This document shows positions 18,483 to 27,538 of a stretch of DNA of 44,129 nucleotides, one piece after another; the first letter of the stretch is position 1; the number at the start of each line of letters is the position of its first letter. The position numbers were made by a program, and so were the translations under genes. Source of the DNA: Deltaproteobacteria bacterium (GTDB taxonomy: Bacteria > Myxococcota_A > UBA9160 > SMWR01); NCBI GenBank assembly GCA_032128375.1, contig JAQBGU010000061.1, positions 1 through 44,129 on the forward strand, written 5' to 3'. The notes beneath the pieces are model-generated. The model saw only the letters and a program-made list of their open reading frames with translations. It was not told the DNA's origin and did no database searches.

Positions 18483-20015
18483 CTAACCGAGTCCGAGTTT
18501 GTCAGCGAGATGGATTCGTTGGATCTTGCCCGTCGCGCCCTTGGGAATTTCATCGCAGAACACGACTTTTCTGGGCACTTTGAAGGGCGCCAGTCGCTCC
18601 GCAGCAAAATCTCGAATCTCGCGTTCTGTAGCCTCCGCCCCTTCGGTCAGCACGACCGCCACTGCTATGTCTTCGCCGAGCTTGGCGTGCGGTATCGCGA
18701 AGGTACACACCTGCGCAATCGCCGGGTGATCGAGCAGGGCCACGTCGACTTCCAGCGGCGAAATTTTCTCGCCTCCCCGGTTGATGATTTCTTTGAGCCG
18801 CCCCGTGAGGCGGACATAGCCCGTCGCGTCCATGACGCCTTCGTCCCCGGTGCGGAACCAGCCGCCCGTGAAGGCGGCTGCATTCGCGCTGGGATTATTG
18901 CAGTAGCCCGCCGTTACATTGGCGCCGCGAATCACGATTTCGCCGAGCCTCTCGGCCGGCAGAAGTTCGCCTTCGGAATTCATGATCGCGACTTCGGGTC
19001 CGGCGGCGGGTCCCACGCTACCGGGTTTGCGTTCGCCCGGAGGTAGCGGATTACAGCACATCTGGTGCGCGGCCTCTGTCATCGCGTACGCCTCGATCAC
19101 CGGCACGCCGAAGACCTCTTCGAGTTCTTTCAGAACCTGGGGTGGTAGCGACGCCGACGACGAACGCACGAAGCGCAGGGGTCGGCGCGCGATGATTGCG
19201 GCGTTCCGGTTCGCGCGACTCAGAATCGCCTGGTGGATGGTCGGTACGGCCGTGTACCAGCTGGGCTTCGCATCGTCGAGCCAGGCGAAGAATCGCAACG
19301 CGTTGAATCCTGGGGTGCAATACATACTCGCGCCGGCGCGCAGCGATGCGAGGATGGCCGCTACCAGGCCGTGAATGTGGAAAAGCGGCATGACGTTGAG
19401 ACAGTGGTCGTCCGCCGTCAGCCGCAGAGTTTCGACGATGTTTCCAGCAGAAGCGCTCAAGTTGGCGTGCGTGAGCGGTACCTGTTTGGGGCGCGCAGTC
19501 GTCCCCGACGTGTGTAGAACCAGCGCCACGTCCTGCGCTTTCGCGAAGCCACCCGACGCAGCCGGGCTGGCGAAACGGCACCCCGCGCGGCCGCGCAATT
19601 CAAAATGCCCGGCCGGGTCGTCCGCGTTGCAGACGAGTTCGATCACGGGAATCCCGAACTCGAGCGCAACCCCGATTGCGTCGGAATCACTGCCCTCAGC
19701 GACGATCAACGCCTTGGCGTCGAGATCCGCCAGGTAGAACTTGAACTCTTCTGCGCGATAGGCGGGATTCAGCGGTGCCGTGGTCGCGGCAGCCGACACC
19801 GAGACGAACGCAGCCGCCATCTCGGGTCCATTGGGCAACACGATTGCGACGCGATCTCCTCGCCCGATCCCCAATTCGTTCAGGCTGACCACGATCCGTT
19901 CCAGTTGGCTGCGCAATGCGGCGTAGGAAAGCGGCCCCCTCTCCGGCGCGCAGATGGCGTCGGCGCGAGCGCTGCCCGTCTGGAGCATCGCGGCCACGGT
20001 TTGGAATTCGATCAA
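18483..20015 (-). CDS. Acyl-CoA synthetase, probable oxalate-CoA ligase (AAE3/Pcs60/Oxs-like)
   Basis: LHTSGTTARPK, PLFHIHGL, WYTAVPTIHQ, RSSSASL, EAYAMTEAAHQM, INRGGEKISP, PKGATGKIQR; TTG start after GGAGAGG inferred. Confidence 0.85.
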   Translation of the reverse strand: MIEFQTVAAMLQTGSARADAICAPERGPLSYAALRSQLERIVVSLNELGIGRGDRVAIVLPNGPEMAAAFVSVSAAATTAPLNPAYRAEEFKFYLADLDAKALIVAEGSDSDAIGVALEFGIPVIELVCNADDPAGHFELRGRAGCRFASPAASGGFAKAQDVALVLHTSGTTARPKQVPLTHANLSASAGNIVETLRLTADDHCLNVMPLFHIHGLVAAILASLRAGASMYCTPGFNALRFFAWLDDAKPSWYTAVPTIHQAILSRANRNAAIIARRPLRFVRSSSASLPPQVLKELEEVFGVPVIEAYAMTEAAHQMCCNPLPPGERKPGSVGPAAGPEVAIMNSEGELLPAERLGEIVIRGANVTAGYCNNPSANAAAFTGGWFRTGDEGVMDATGYVRLTGRLKEIINRGGEKISPLEVDVALLDHPAIAQVCTFAIPHAKLGEDIAVAVVLTEGAEATEREIRDFAAERLAPFKVPRKVVFCDEIPKGATGKIQRIHLADKLGLG

Positions 20016-20259
20016 GGACCCTCTCCTGGATTCGAGGCTGGATTCGCTGACAGGCTTCGCGGACTCTGCTCGAACCTGGCGCGAAACGGCTCCGTCGACG
20101 CCAATGCGACGCACGGGGTCCAGGCCACCGGCGTATCCTAAATGACTGATCCGGATATGCAAAGCCGAGTCGGGAGGGTTGGCGATGTGGGACCTCCGCT
20201 ACGGGCCGAGAATATCAGCACACCGGTCGCAATCCGCGACCAGCGCTCGGCGAACACGA

Positions 20260-20420
20260 CCCGTTGGTCCATCGTGACGAGCGAGTCAAAGCGCTTGCTC
20301 TGGCCCTCGGTACTCCGTTCCAAAGGTCCTGCGATCGCGATGGCCGGCGGGCTCGGATCGAGATTACGATCCGATGCTACGCAACAGAGCCCGCATACCT
20401 GATGTAGTATCCAGGTGATG
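20260..20420 (-). pseudogene. Possible remnant of an IclR-family effector domain
   Basis: HQVCGLCCVAS...PPAIAIAGPLERSTEGQSKRFDSLV resembles the IclR C-terminal pattern GLRCVAAPI...AISISGP.ER; no HTH part visible. Confidence 0.35.
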
Positions 20421-20500
20421 GCTACCAGGCATCGCACCGCAGTGTTGCTGATCGGCCTTTCGATCTCGTCTGACGCTCCCGCGATACAGGGGGTCTGATT

Positions 20501-21646
20501 TCAGAGCCTCGATTCGCTGATGGCACGAGCTAGTTCCATCGCTGCGACCCTGTGTCCATATGGGCTTGGGTGCATGAAGTCGACGGCCAGCGTTCTGTGG
20601 GTTTCGGGGTTCCGCTTTGCTGCAGCGTACGCCGGGAGCAGGTCTGCGACTTGGAGCCCGCTTGCGCGTGCTCGAACGCTGATGAGTTCGTGCAGGTCTT
20701 CGAGCGGGTAGTTGGCCAGCGAGAGGAAAAGGGGAAAGATCGCAACGATGACAGGGACGTCCGCCGTGCGCGCGACGTCCGCGAGTTCTCGAATTCCGTC
20801 GGCGAAACGCTGGTGCGAATCCGGCTGGGTGTGTAGCGACCGGAAATACTCACCCGCGGAATCCCCCCCTGCATAGGCCGCCCCTCCCGAGTCGCCGCGA
20901 GCGCGCACGGGAATGCTGAGGTCGTCGGCGCGGTTGATGAGCTTGCCGGTGGCTGTTTGGCGCGCGTAGCTTCCGTCGGGGCGGGTCCAGTCGCGGACGA
21001 GAATCGCACACAGCGTGATGAGCCGGGAGTGGCGCAGCAGACGCATCGCTCCCCGGCTGAGCTGTTCGGTCATCCGCCGCTGCTCGAAGCTGCGAAGGTC
21101 TCGAAGTGTGTTTCCCTCGAGGCTGTCGGCCTGGGGGTCATTGAGCACGTAGCCGTACAAAATGAGATCGGGATCGTAGTCCAGCACCAATGTGCGAAGA
21201 CGCTCCACGACCTGGGTGATGTTGTAGCCGGTGACACCGAAATTGAGCACCTCGAAGCGGACCTTCGACGCCGCCCGATTCTGCGCCTGTTCATTGAGCA
21301 GTACCTCGAGCTGCTTCGGGTACGATTGCTGCTGTGGAACCCACAGTCCGAACGACACCGAATCGCCGATGGCCGCAATCCGCAGTACGTCCGGTGGTTT
21401 CTCCCGTGTGTACTCGCGGTCCCGAAAGCCGGACGAGTTGATTGTGACACCCTTGTAGCTCGAGCCCGGTCGCAACTCGTATTCGAGGATGGAATTGTCC
21501 GAGAGTTGGTAGTTCTCCTCGAAGATGACCTGGATCGAGGGGCCGACATCGACCGCGCGTACGACGACTTCGGCGACCCCGAGCGAAACCGCAATGCTGG
21601 CGATCAACAGCAGGAGGGTCGACTTGCGCTGCTGTTCCCACATCAC
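20501..21646 (-). CDS. Membrane-anchored SGNH/GDSL hydrolase family protein
   Basis: N-terminal TM, INSSGFRD, IGDSVSFG, NFGVTGY, LND and DFMHPSPYGH motifs. Confidence 0.9.
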   Translation of the reverse strand: MMWEQQRKSTLLLLIASIAVSLGVAEVVVRAVDVGPSIQVIFEENYQLSDNSILEYELRPGSSYKGVTINSSGFRDREYTREKPPDVLRIAAIGDSVSFGLWVPQQQSYPKQLEVLLNEQAQNRAASKVRFEVLNFGVTGYNITQVVERLRTLVLDYDPDLILYGYVLNDPQADSLEGNTLRDLRSFEQRRMTEQLSRGAMRLLRHSRLITLCAILVRDWTRPDGSYARQTATGKLINRADDLSIPVRARGDSGGAAYAGGDSAGEYFRSLHTQPDSHQRFADGIRELADVARTADVPVIVAIFPLFLSLANYPLEDLHELISVRARASGLQVADLLPAYAAAKRNPETHRTLAVDFMHPSPYGHRVAAMELARAISESRL

Positions 21647-23448
21647 GGCGTTGGGCTTTGTTGCAGCGGGATGTTTCGCAGCTCGACGGTCATGAAGTGA
21701 AGCGCGCCATCTGACAGGATTCGGCTACCGGTGTGGTCCTCTCCCCGCGTGGGTGGGGCCGACACCAGCAGCACGTCGTCGTATCCGGCCGCCCGCAGCT
21801 TTCGAAGAACACGCGCGCGGTCCGCCGCGCTGTTCACGCTGAACATCGGCTTATCGAAGAACACCCGTGCAAGTTCCTGGGGCACGTACCATCCCTGCGC
21901 GACGATAGCGGGTTCGGGTCTGTCGGCGACGATCCGCTGGAGTCTGGCCGAGTGTTGCTTCTTTTCATGCAGGATGCACAGCCCGTAAGCTTGCGTGACG
22001 ACGGTGACGGTCAACGCGAGCACGATCGCCGACCGGTAGCAGTAGAAGGAATGTCCGGCTGAGATGTCCCACCAGCGTGCGACCGTCGATGCCGCCAGCA
22101 CGGCCAGCAGCGGAAACACCGAAAGCAGATACCGGCATCCCCAGTGGATACCGTTCGAGTGGAGTTCGGGAGTCAGGCACGCGTAGACCAGCGGGTAGAA
22201 CAGCACTACGCGCCACAACAGAGTCTGGATACGGCTCCGCGCGTTGTCTGAACCAGAGCCCGGCGAATTCGGCTCGTCGCGGACGCGTGCGAACGCGAGG
22301 ATGACCGCAGGCGTGGTCGCGAACAGACCGCCGGAAGCGAGAAGCCAGCGCATAGGGCTCGGCGCAGAGACGTGACCCACGAGCACCACCAAGCCAGATA
22401 CTACAGCGATGCCGGCTGCTGCGGGAACGAGCCACAAGAAGGTGTCGCGCGAAACGCGCGGGCACAGGATCCACAGCACGAGATAGGGCAGGCTGGTCGG
22501 CAACGATACCGTGATGTCGCGGTGGCTCGCCAGAAGCAGGTTGCGCGCTGCCGTCCATCGATCGGCCAGCACATCGCGCAAACCACCCTCGAACGGTGCC
22601 AGCGAAGTGAGGTGGTGTCCGATCGCGCTTCCGAGCGTTGCGGACTGGAACCACCACAGGAGTGCGGCGATCGGCAGGAATCCCAGCGCGAACGAGGCGC
22701 CATCGCCAGGGCTCCGCCGAGCGAAAACCGCTGCGCTCGCCAATACGGCGGCGAACAGGTAGAGCTCGTCGCGAAAGAAGATCGCCACGCCACATAGCAA
22801 ACCCGCGACCGCGATCTCCCAGCGCTTGCCAGAGACCGCGTAACGAGCAGCGAACACGACACTCCAGGTCGTCAGGCAGACAGCCGGCGTGTGTTCCCAA
22901 AATGTCATGCTGTAGAACCACATCGGTGTAGCGAACGCCGCAATGCCAATCGCCAGTGGCTGGGCGATGCGCCGGTTGAATTCCTCCGGCAGGATCATCC
23001 CGACCAGCAGCCATACGGCGGGGAGCGTCAGCAAACCACCAAGCAGGGGCAGAACGTACAGGCCAAGCGAGCCGATCGCGCGATACGGAAATGATGTCAG
23101 CATCGGAAAGAACGGCGAGAAGGTCGAGAACAGGCGACCCTGTTCGACGCGGCCAAAGGGGACCGGAAGCGGGTTGTAGTCGAAGTGAGGATCGAGGCGT
23201 GCACCGGGCCAATCGATCGAGAAGTCCTGGTAGTCGCTTTCGACGATGCTCTCGAGAAGAATGAACTTCGATCCGTTGTCGTTGATCCAGAAGCCGTCGG
23301 CAGGCATCAGGGCCAACGTGATGCCGTAGATCACGACGACGCCCAATAGTGTTATGAGAAACGCGGACGTAGGCTTGGTTGATTCTGCAACAGGATTGAC
23401 GCCGTTTGCGTCGCAGCGCTCTCCGATACTCGGACTGAGAATGGGCAT
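21643..23448 (-). CDS. Multi-pass membrane protein, putative GT-C glycosyltransferase-like
   Basis: WINDNGSK in the first loop, FWEH, HWGCRYLL motifs, many TM segments; 4-bp overlap with the SGNH gene. Confidence 0.7.
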   Translation of the reverse strand: MPILSPSIGERCDANGVNPVAESTKPTSAFLITLLGVVVIYGITLALMPADGFWINDNGSKFILLESIVESDYQDFSIDWPGARLDPHFDYNPLPVPFGRVEQGRLFSTFSPFFPMLTSFPYRAIGSLGLYVLPLLGGLLTLPAVWLLVGMILPEEFNRRIAQPLAIGIAAFATPMWFYSMTFWEHTPAVCLTTWSVVFAARYAVSGKRWEIAVAGLLCGVAIFFRDELYLFAAVLASAAVFARRSPGDGASFALGFLPIAALLWWFQSATLGSAIGHHLTSLAPFEGGLRDVLADRWTAARNLLLASHRDITVSLPTSLPYLVLWILCPRVSRDTFLWLVPAAAGIAVVSGLVVLVGHVSAPSPMRWLLASGGLFATTPAVILAFARVRDEPNSPGSGSDNARSRIQTLLWRVVLFYPLVYACLTPELHSNGIHWGCRYLLSVFPLLAVLAASTVARWWDISAGHSFYCYRSAIVLALTVTVVTQAYGLCILHEKKQHSARLQRIVADRPEPAIVAQGWYVPQELARVFFDKPMFSVNSAADRARVLRKLRAAGYDDVLLVSAPPTRGEDHTGSRILSDGALHFMTVELRNIPLQQSPTP

Positions 23449-23611
23449 CCCGAATCCTCGGCCTCAAGCCTCGAACCAACCGGTCTTCGCTAGACAGTCC
23501 CTGGGTCGAATGCACATCGTGTGCAGTCGGCCTTCACTATAGGATGATCAATGGACCGTTCGCTTCCACAATTGTGCGAGGAATGCGTGCTTACCGAAAC
23601 GGTGCTGGGCA

Positions 23612-24502
23612 ATGCCCGCCAGTGACGTCCGGGGAATTCGACGAGAAAACGAGTACGCTGAGGCCGTGCACGATCTTGCAGCGTTGACGCGGAATGTTTT
23701 GGCTTTGCGTCCCGCGTGGCGCGCGGCCGACCTTGCGGATTTCGAGTTCCTGCCGGGGGGCTACAGCAACCAGAACTACCAGTTTCGCCACCGCGGGCAG
23801 CGCTACGTTCTGCGGGTTCCGCAGCAGGCCCGTCCATACATCGATCGAAAACTCGAACACGCGTTCTACCAGTCTCCCGGGCGGGTGTTTGTTCCAGACG
23901 TCGAAGCCTTTGATCCGCTGACCGGCGTCATGATCAGTCGCTGGTTGTCCGGCCCGCTACTCGCCGACGTCGACGTGGATCCCGACGCGCTGGTGCCGTA
24001 CGTCAAGGCGCTGCACGCGGGGCTGGCGACCTGCCCACGCATGTACGACCCAGTGGCGCTGGCGCGACAGCAGCTGGCGCTTGGCAATCCGCAACTATCG
24101 ATCGTCGAATTCGCCGCAAATTGGGTCTGGAATCCCAGGCAGACGACCCCGTGCCACAACGATCTCAATCCCTGGAACATCATTGTCTCGGACACAGGGC
24201 GATGGGTGACACTGGACTGGGAATGGCTCGGCGAGAATGATCCGGTATTCGATCTCGTGTCGCTCCACCAGGGACTCTCACTGGACAACGCGATACTCGA
24301 CGAGCTAGCCACGGAGTTTCTGGGTTCTCGAGCCAAGAACACGAGGCAGCGTGTGGGAGATTGCCTGAGCGCATTCTGGCTCCGCGAGTACTCGTGGGCT
24401 CACGCAGAGCTCGTACAGGGCAATGACCGGGATGAGATCCGCGAACAGATCCGAGTGTCATCAGAGAAGCTGCGCGGAATATGGGGCCGTTCCGACCACT
24501 GA
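23612..24502 (+). CDS. Choline/thiamine kinase-like phosphotransferase (APH/ChoK family)
   Basis: LPGGYSNQNY, VLRVP, CHNDLNPWN, LDWEW, DPVFDL. Confidence 0.88.
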   Translation: MPASDVRGIRRENEYAEAVHDLAALTRNVLALRPAWRAADLADFEFLPGGYSNQNYQFRHRGQRYVLRVPQQARPYIDRKLEHAFYQSPGRVFVPDVEAFDPLTGVMISRWLSGPLLADVDVDPDALVPYVKALHAGLATCPRMYDPVALARQQLALGNPQLSIVEFAANWVWNPRQTTPCHNDLNPWNIIVSDTGRWVTLDWEWLGENDPVFDLVSLHQGLSLDNAILDELATEFLGSRAKNTRQRVGDCLSAFWLREYSWAHAELVQGNDRDEIREQIRVSSEKLRGIWGRSDH

Positions 24503-24623
24503 GATAGCCGTGACTATCCGTGAATGTGGGTACGGGGTCGGGCAAATCGCCGCTCTGGTTCGAGACGATCGCTTGAATTGACCGTGGTAGCTAGGAGCTG
24601 GATGTTGAGGCTTCGACCTCGAG

Positions 24624-26060
24624 TCATCGCCGAGAACTTCCGCTCGCGCTCGAACCTGCGCGACCTCGCTTCAGATCGAAGCCGCGCACTTCGAATGGGT
24701 CGAGCGGCAGAAAGTAGATCTCACGGTGACCATCGTCCCATTCGATGTATTTGAACGCCTCAGAACGAAAGGCCCGATACGATTCGATGAGCCCGAAGCC
24801 CGGTTCGGCTTCGATCTCGAAATGGTGCCGCCAGGGCGGATTCTTCCCGAGGATCAACGGCACCAAGCTGCGCCCTTCTGTCTCCATTTCGCCTCCGGCC
24901 AGTTCGGCGATAGTCGGTGCGAGATCGATGTTCAGCACGAGATCGTCGACGTCTCGGTGTGGGAGGCGCGGGCTCCACACGATGAGAGGGACGCGAATCG
25001 ATTCCTCATACGGCACGCCCTTGCCGAGAACCCAGTGCTCCCCAAACAGAAAACCGTTGTCGGACGTAAACAAGATGATGGTGTTCTCGGCGAGACCGAG
25101 TTCATCGAGCTTCGCGCAGATATCCGCCACTGCCTCATCCACGCTCAACAGAATCTCGAGATACGCAGGCCACCCCTGATCCCAGATCGGGTCCAAGTCC
25201 TCGGAACCCACGACAGCCCGCAAGTACGACGGCTTGTCGCTCATGTCAGCTTCCTTGAAGCTCGGGGGTTTCTCGGGGGCCTGCCCGGTCAACACGCCGC
25301 TGTGCCGGGCCGCTGGGACGAGGGGAACATGCGGACCCCAGAACGAGAGCATCAGGAAGAAGGGCGCGTCGGTGTTGTCCTCGATGTAATCGAGCGCGTA
25401 GTCGGCAATCAAGTCCGTCGAATACCCGAACTCCCGGCGAAATTCCCCGTTCCAGCTCATAACCGGGTTGAGGTAGAGCGAGCCAGAACTGAACAGGTCC
25501 CGGATTCCGTCACGGAACACCCGCCAATCGTCCCAACCAGGCGCGACTTCGGGAAACTGATCGCGGTACCCATTCAGGTACTTGCCGTATAGCGCAGTCC
25601 GGTAGCCTTGCTGCTGGAGCGTTACCGCGAACGTGTTACTCGGATCGAACTGACTCGACGCGCCCTCGTTCAAAGTCACCCCCAACGCGCTCGCGGGCTG
25701 GCCGGTCAACATGCTCGCGCGACTCGGGCCACAAACCGGGGACGTGACGAAACTATTGGTAAACCGCACGCCTGCGTCCGCCATTTTGCTGACGGTTGGC
25801 ATGGAGTCCACGGAATCCCAACGCTGATCGTCGGTGTAGACGACGATGATGTTCGGCCTGTCGAAGCTCGGCACAGGTCGACGCCCGCGGTGGTGGCTTC
25901 CACTCGAGTTCCGTCGATGAACCCGGTCGGTACCCGCTTCTGACGAAGCGGATCGTGACGGTGCCGTAGCACGAGCCGGAGACTCGGCCGCCGCATCGCC
26001 GAATGCGGGGAGCAAGGCTCCGAGCAGCATGAACACGGTGACGGCCAGCGGCTTTACCAA
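24624..26060 (-). CDS. Secreted formylglycine-dependent sulfatase
   Basis: Signal peptide; PNIIVVYTDDQR, CGPSRAS (CxPxR), GKYLNG, FTSDNG, YEESIRVP. Confidence 0.93.
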   Translation of the reverse strand: MVKPLAVTVFMLLGALLPAFGDAAAESPARATAPSRSASSEAGTDRVHRRNSSGSHHRGRRPVPSFDRPNIIVVYTDDQRWDSVDSMPTVSKMADAGVRFTNSFVTSPVCGPSRASMLTGQPASALGVTLNEGASSQFDPSNTFAVTLQQQGYRTALYGKYLNGYRDQFPEVAPGWDDWRVFRDGIRDLFSSGSLYLNPVMSWNGEFRREFGYSTDLIADYALDYIEDNTDAPFFLMLSFWGPHVPLVPAARHSGVLTGQAPEKPPSFKEADMSDKPSYLRAVVGSEDLDPIWDQGWPAYLEILLSVDEAVADICAKLDELGLAENTIILFTSDNGFLFGEHWVLGKGVPYEESIRVPLIVWSPRLPHRDVDDLVLNIDLAPTIAELAGGEMETEGRSLVPLILGKNPPWRHHFEIEAEPGFGLIESYRAFRSEAFKYIEWDDGHREIYFLPLDPFEVRGFDLKRGRAGSSASGSSRR

Positions 26061-26384
26061 TCACACCTCCGTCCAATCGTCGATCATGACTGACAAAGAG
26101 AGCTGATTCGCCCGCTGGTGCGGGAGCAGGTCCGACCCACGACCGACCAGTCAGGCTCGCGCGATAGTGTACATGCACGCTCGAAGGTGCTCCAGATCCC
26201 GTTCGGTATCCCAATGCAGAATTTCGGCCGAGAATCCGGCAGGTTCGGCGCCCCGGTCGCCGGAACCGTCAGGCGCAACCGTGCAGCGAAGTGGGTTGCA
26301 CAACGACTGGGGCGGATCGACGTCGTCAGCGGCATCGATGGGCTCGAGCGTCGTTTCGCGAGTTGGGCCGCACGAGCACCCGAG

Positions 26385-26921
26385 CTAGAGTTCACCTGAC
26401 AGCGACATCAGCTGCCCGATCGCGCATTTTTCCCGAGCGTCGCCCAGTCCGCGAACGATCCGATGAGGGAATCGGGAAGCCGCGAGTTCAGCCAGATACA
26501 CATCGAAAAGCCGCCAGCGATCGGTGGGATTCTCGCGCTGTGGGTCCGGCGTCCACGGCAGATCGGGCTCCAACAGCAGGTAACCGCGCGCCGAACGCTT
26601 CGACAGCTCTTCGGTCAGTAGCTCCGGCAGCGTCGCGTATTTCTCCCGGTACCAGATTCCGATGACCAGCAGGTCTGTATCGCAGATCAACAACCCGCGG
26701 TGTTCCGCTCTCGCCTTGCGCTCGGTGGCGACTTGAAGGCGAGCGATTTCGAGCAGATCCCCTGGCCCATAACCGTCTTTCTCATGGAGGTATGCCCGGG
26801 CGATTTCGGGTACGAGCGTCGCATTCAGGCGCGTAGCCAGCGCCCCGGCGAGCGTCGTCTTCCCGGTGGACTCGGGCCCGGTCAGGCAGATGATTCGGTC
26901 GATGTCATCGTGTGCCGCCAT
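26385..26921 (-). CDS. NadR-like ribosylnicotinamide kinase (AAA_28) domain protein
   Basis: ITGPESTGKTTL-type P-loop (LTGPESTGKTT), PEIAR, ICDTD, PWTPDPQRE; overlaps the pnuC 3' end. Confidence 0.88.
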   Translation of the reverse strand: MAAHDDIDRIICLTGPESTGKTTLAGALATRLNATLVPEIARAYLHEKDGYGPGDLLEIARLQVATERKARAEHRGLLICDTDLLVIGIWYREKYATLPELLTEELSKRSARGYLLLEPDLPWTPDPQRENPTDRWRLFDVYLAELAASRFPHRIVRGLGDAREKCAIGQLMSLSGEL

Positions 26922-27514
26922 GCTCTCCATCCCATCACCGCCATGCCCAGATAGATGGCATAGAGCAGCGCGTAAAGCTCGATGCCCTTGATGGCGTAAA
27001 CCCCAGTCGCAATCACATCCACGACCAGCCAGACGATCCAATTCTCCACGAGCTTCTGCGCCGTCATCCACATCGCAGCGAAACTCAAGATCGTGGTCGC
27101 GCTGTCCCAGTAGGGCAGATCTGCTTGTGTCTGGGTATCGAAGAACCATCCCATGGCCGCGATGCCGACAATGCTGAGTGCGATCAGCTGAAACATCGTA
27201 CTTCCAGGCGTGTAGGCTGGTACCAGGTCATCCGTCCCGCTTCGGTTGCCGCCGTACAGCCAGTACCACCAACCGTAGGCGTTCATCCCCACGTAGTATC
27301 CACTCAGCAGCACATCCGCGTACAGGCGCTGCTCGATGAAGACTGCTACGGATACGAACGCGTAGACCAGGCCGATGGGGAACGTCCATATGTTCTCGCG
27401 AATCAGTAGCCATACACAGAGCAGCCCAGAGACGAGACCGACGAATTCCAGCCAATCCATACGGAAAAATGTCGCCGGAATGGATGCGAACACTGCGCCT
27501 AGCTGATCGAGCAC
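26882..27514 (-). CDS. pnuC: Nicotinamide riboside transporter PnuC family
   Basis: ENIWTFPIG, YGWWYW, PYWDSATT, KLVENWIVW. Confidence 0.92.
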   Translation of the reverse strand: MLDQLGAVFASIPATFFRMDWLEFVGLVSGLLCVWLLIRENIWTFPIGLVYAFVSVAVFIEQRLYADVLLSGYYVGMNAYGWWYWLYGGNRSGTDDLVPAYTPGSTMFQLIALSIVGIAAMGWFFDTQTQADLPYWDSATTILSFAAMWMTAQKLVENWIVWLVVDVIATGVYAIKGIELYALLYAIYLGMAVMGWRAWRHTMTSTESSA

Positions 27515-27538
27515 GAAATGGCCCGTGACGCCGCGCCG

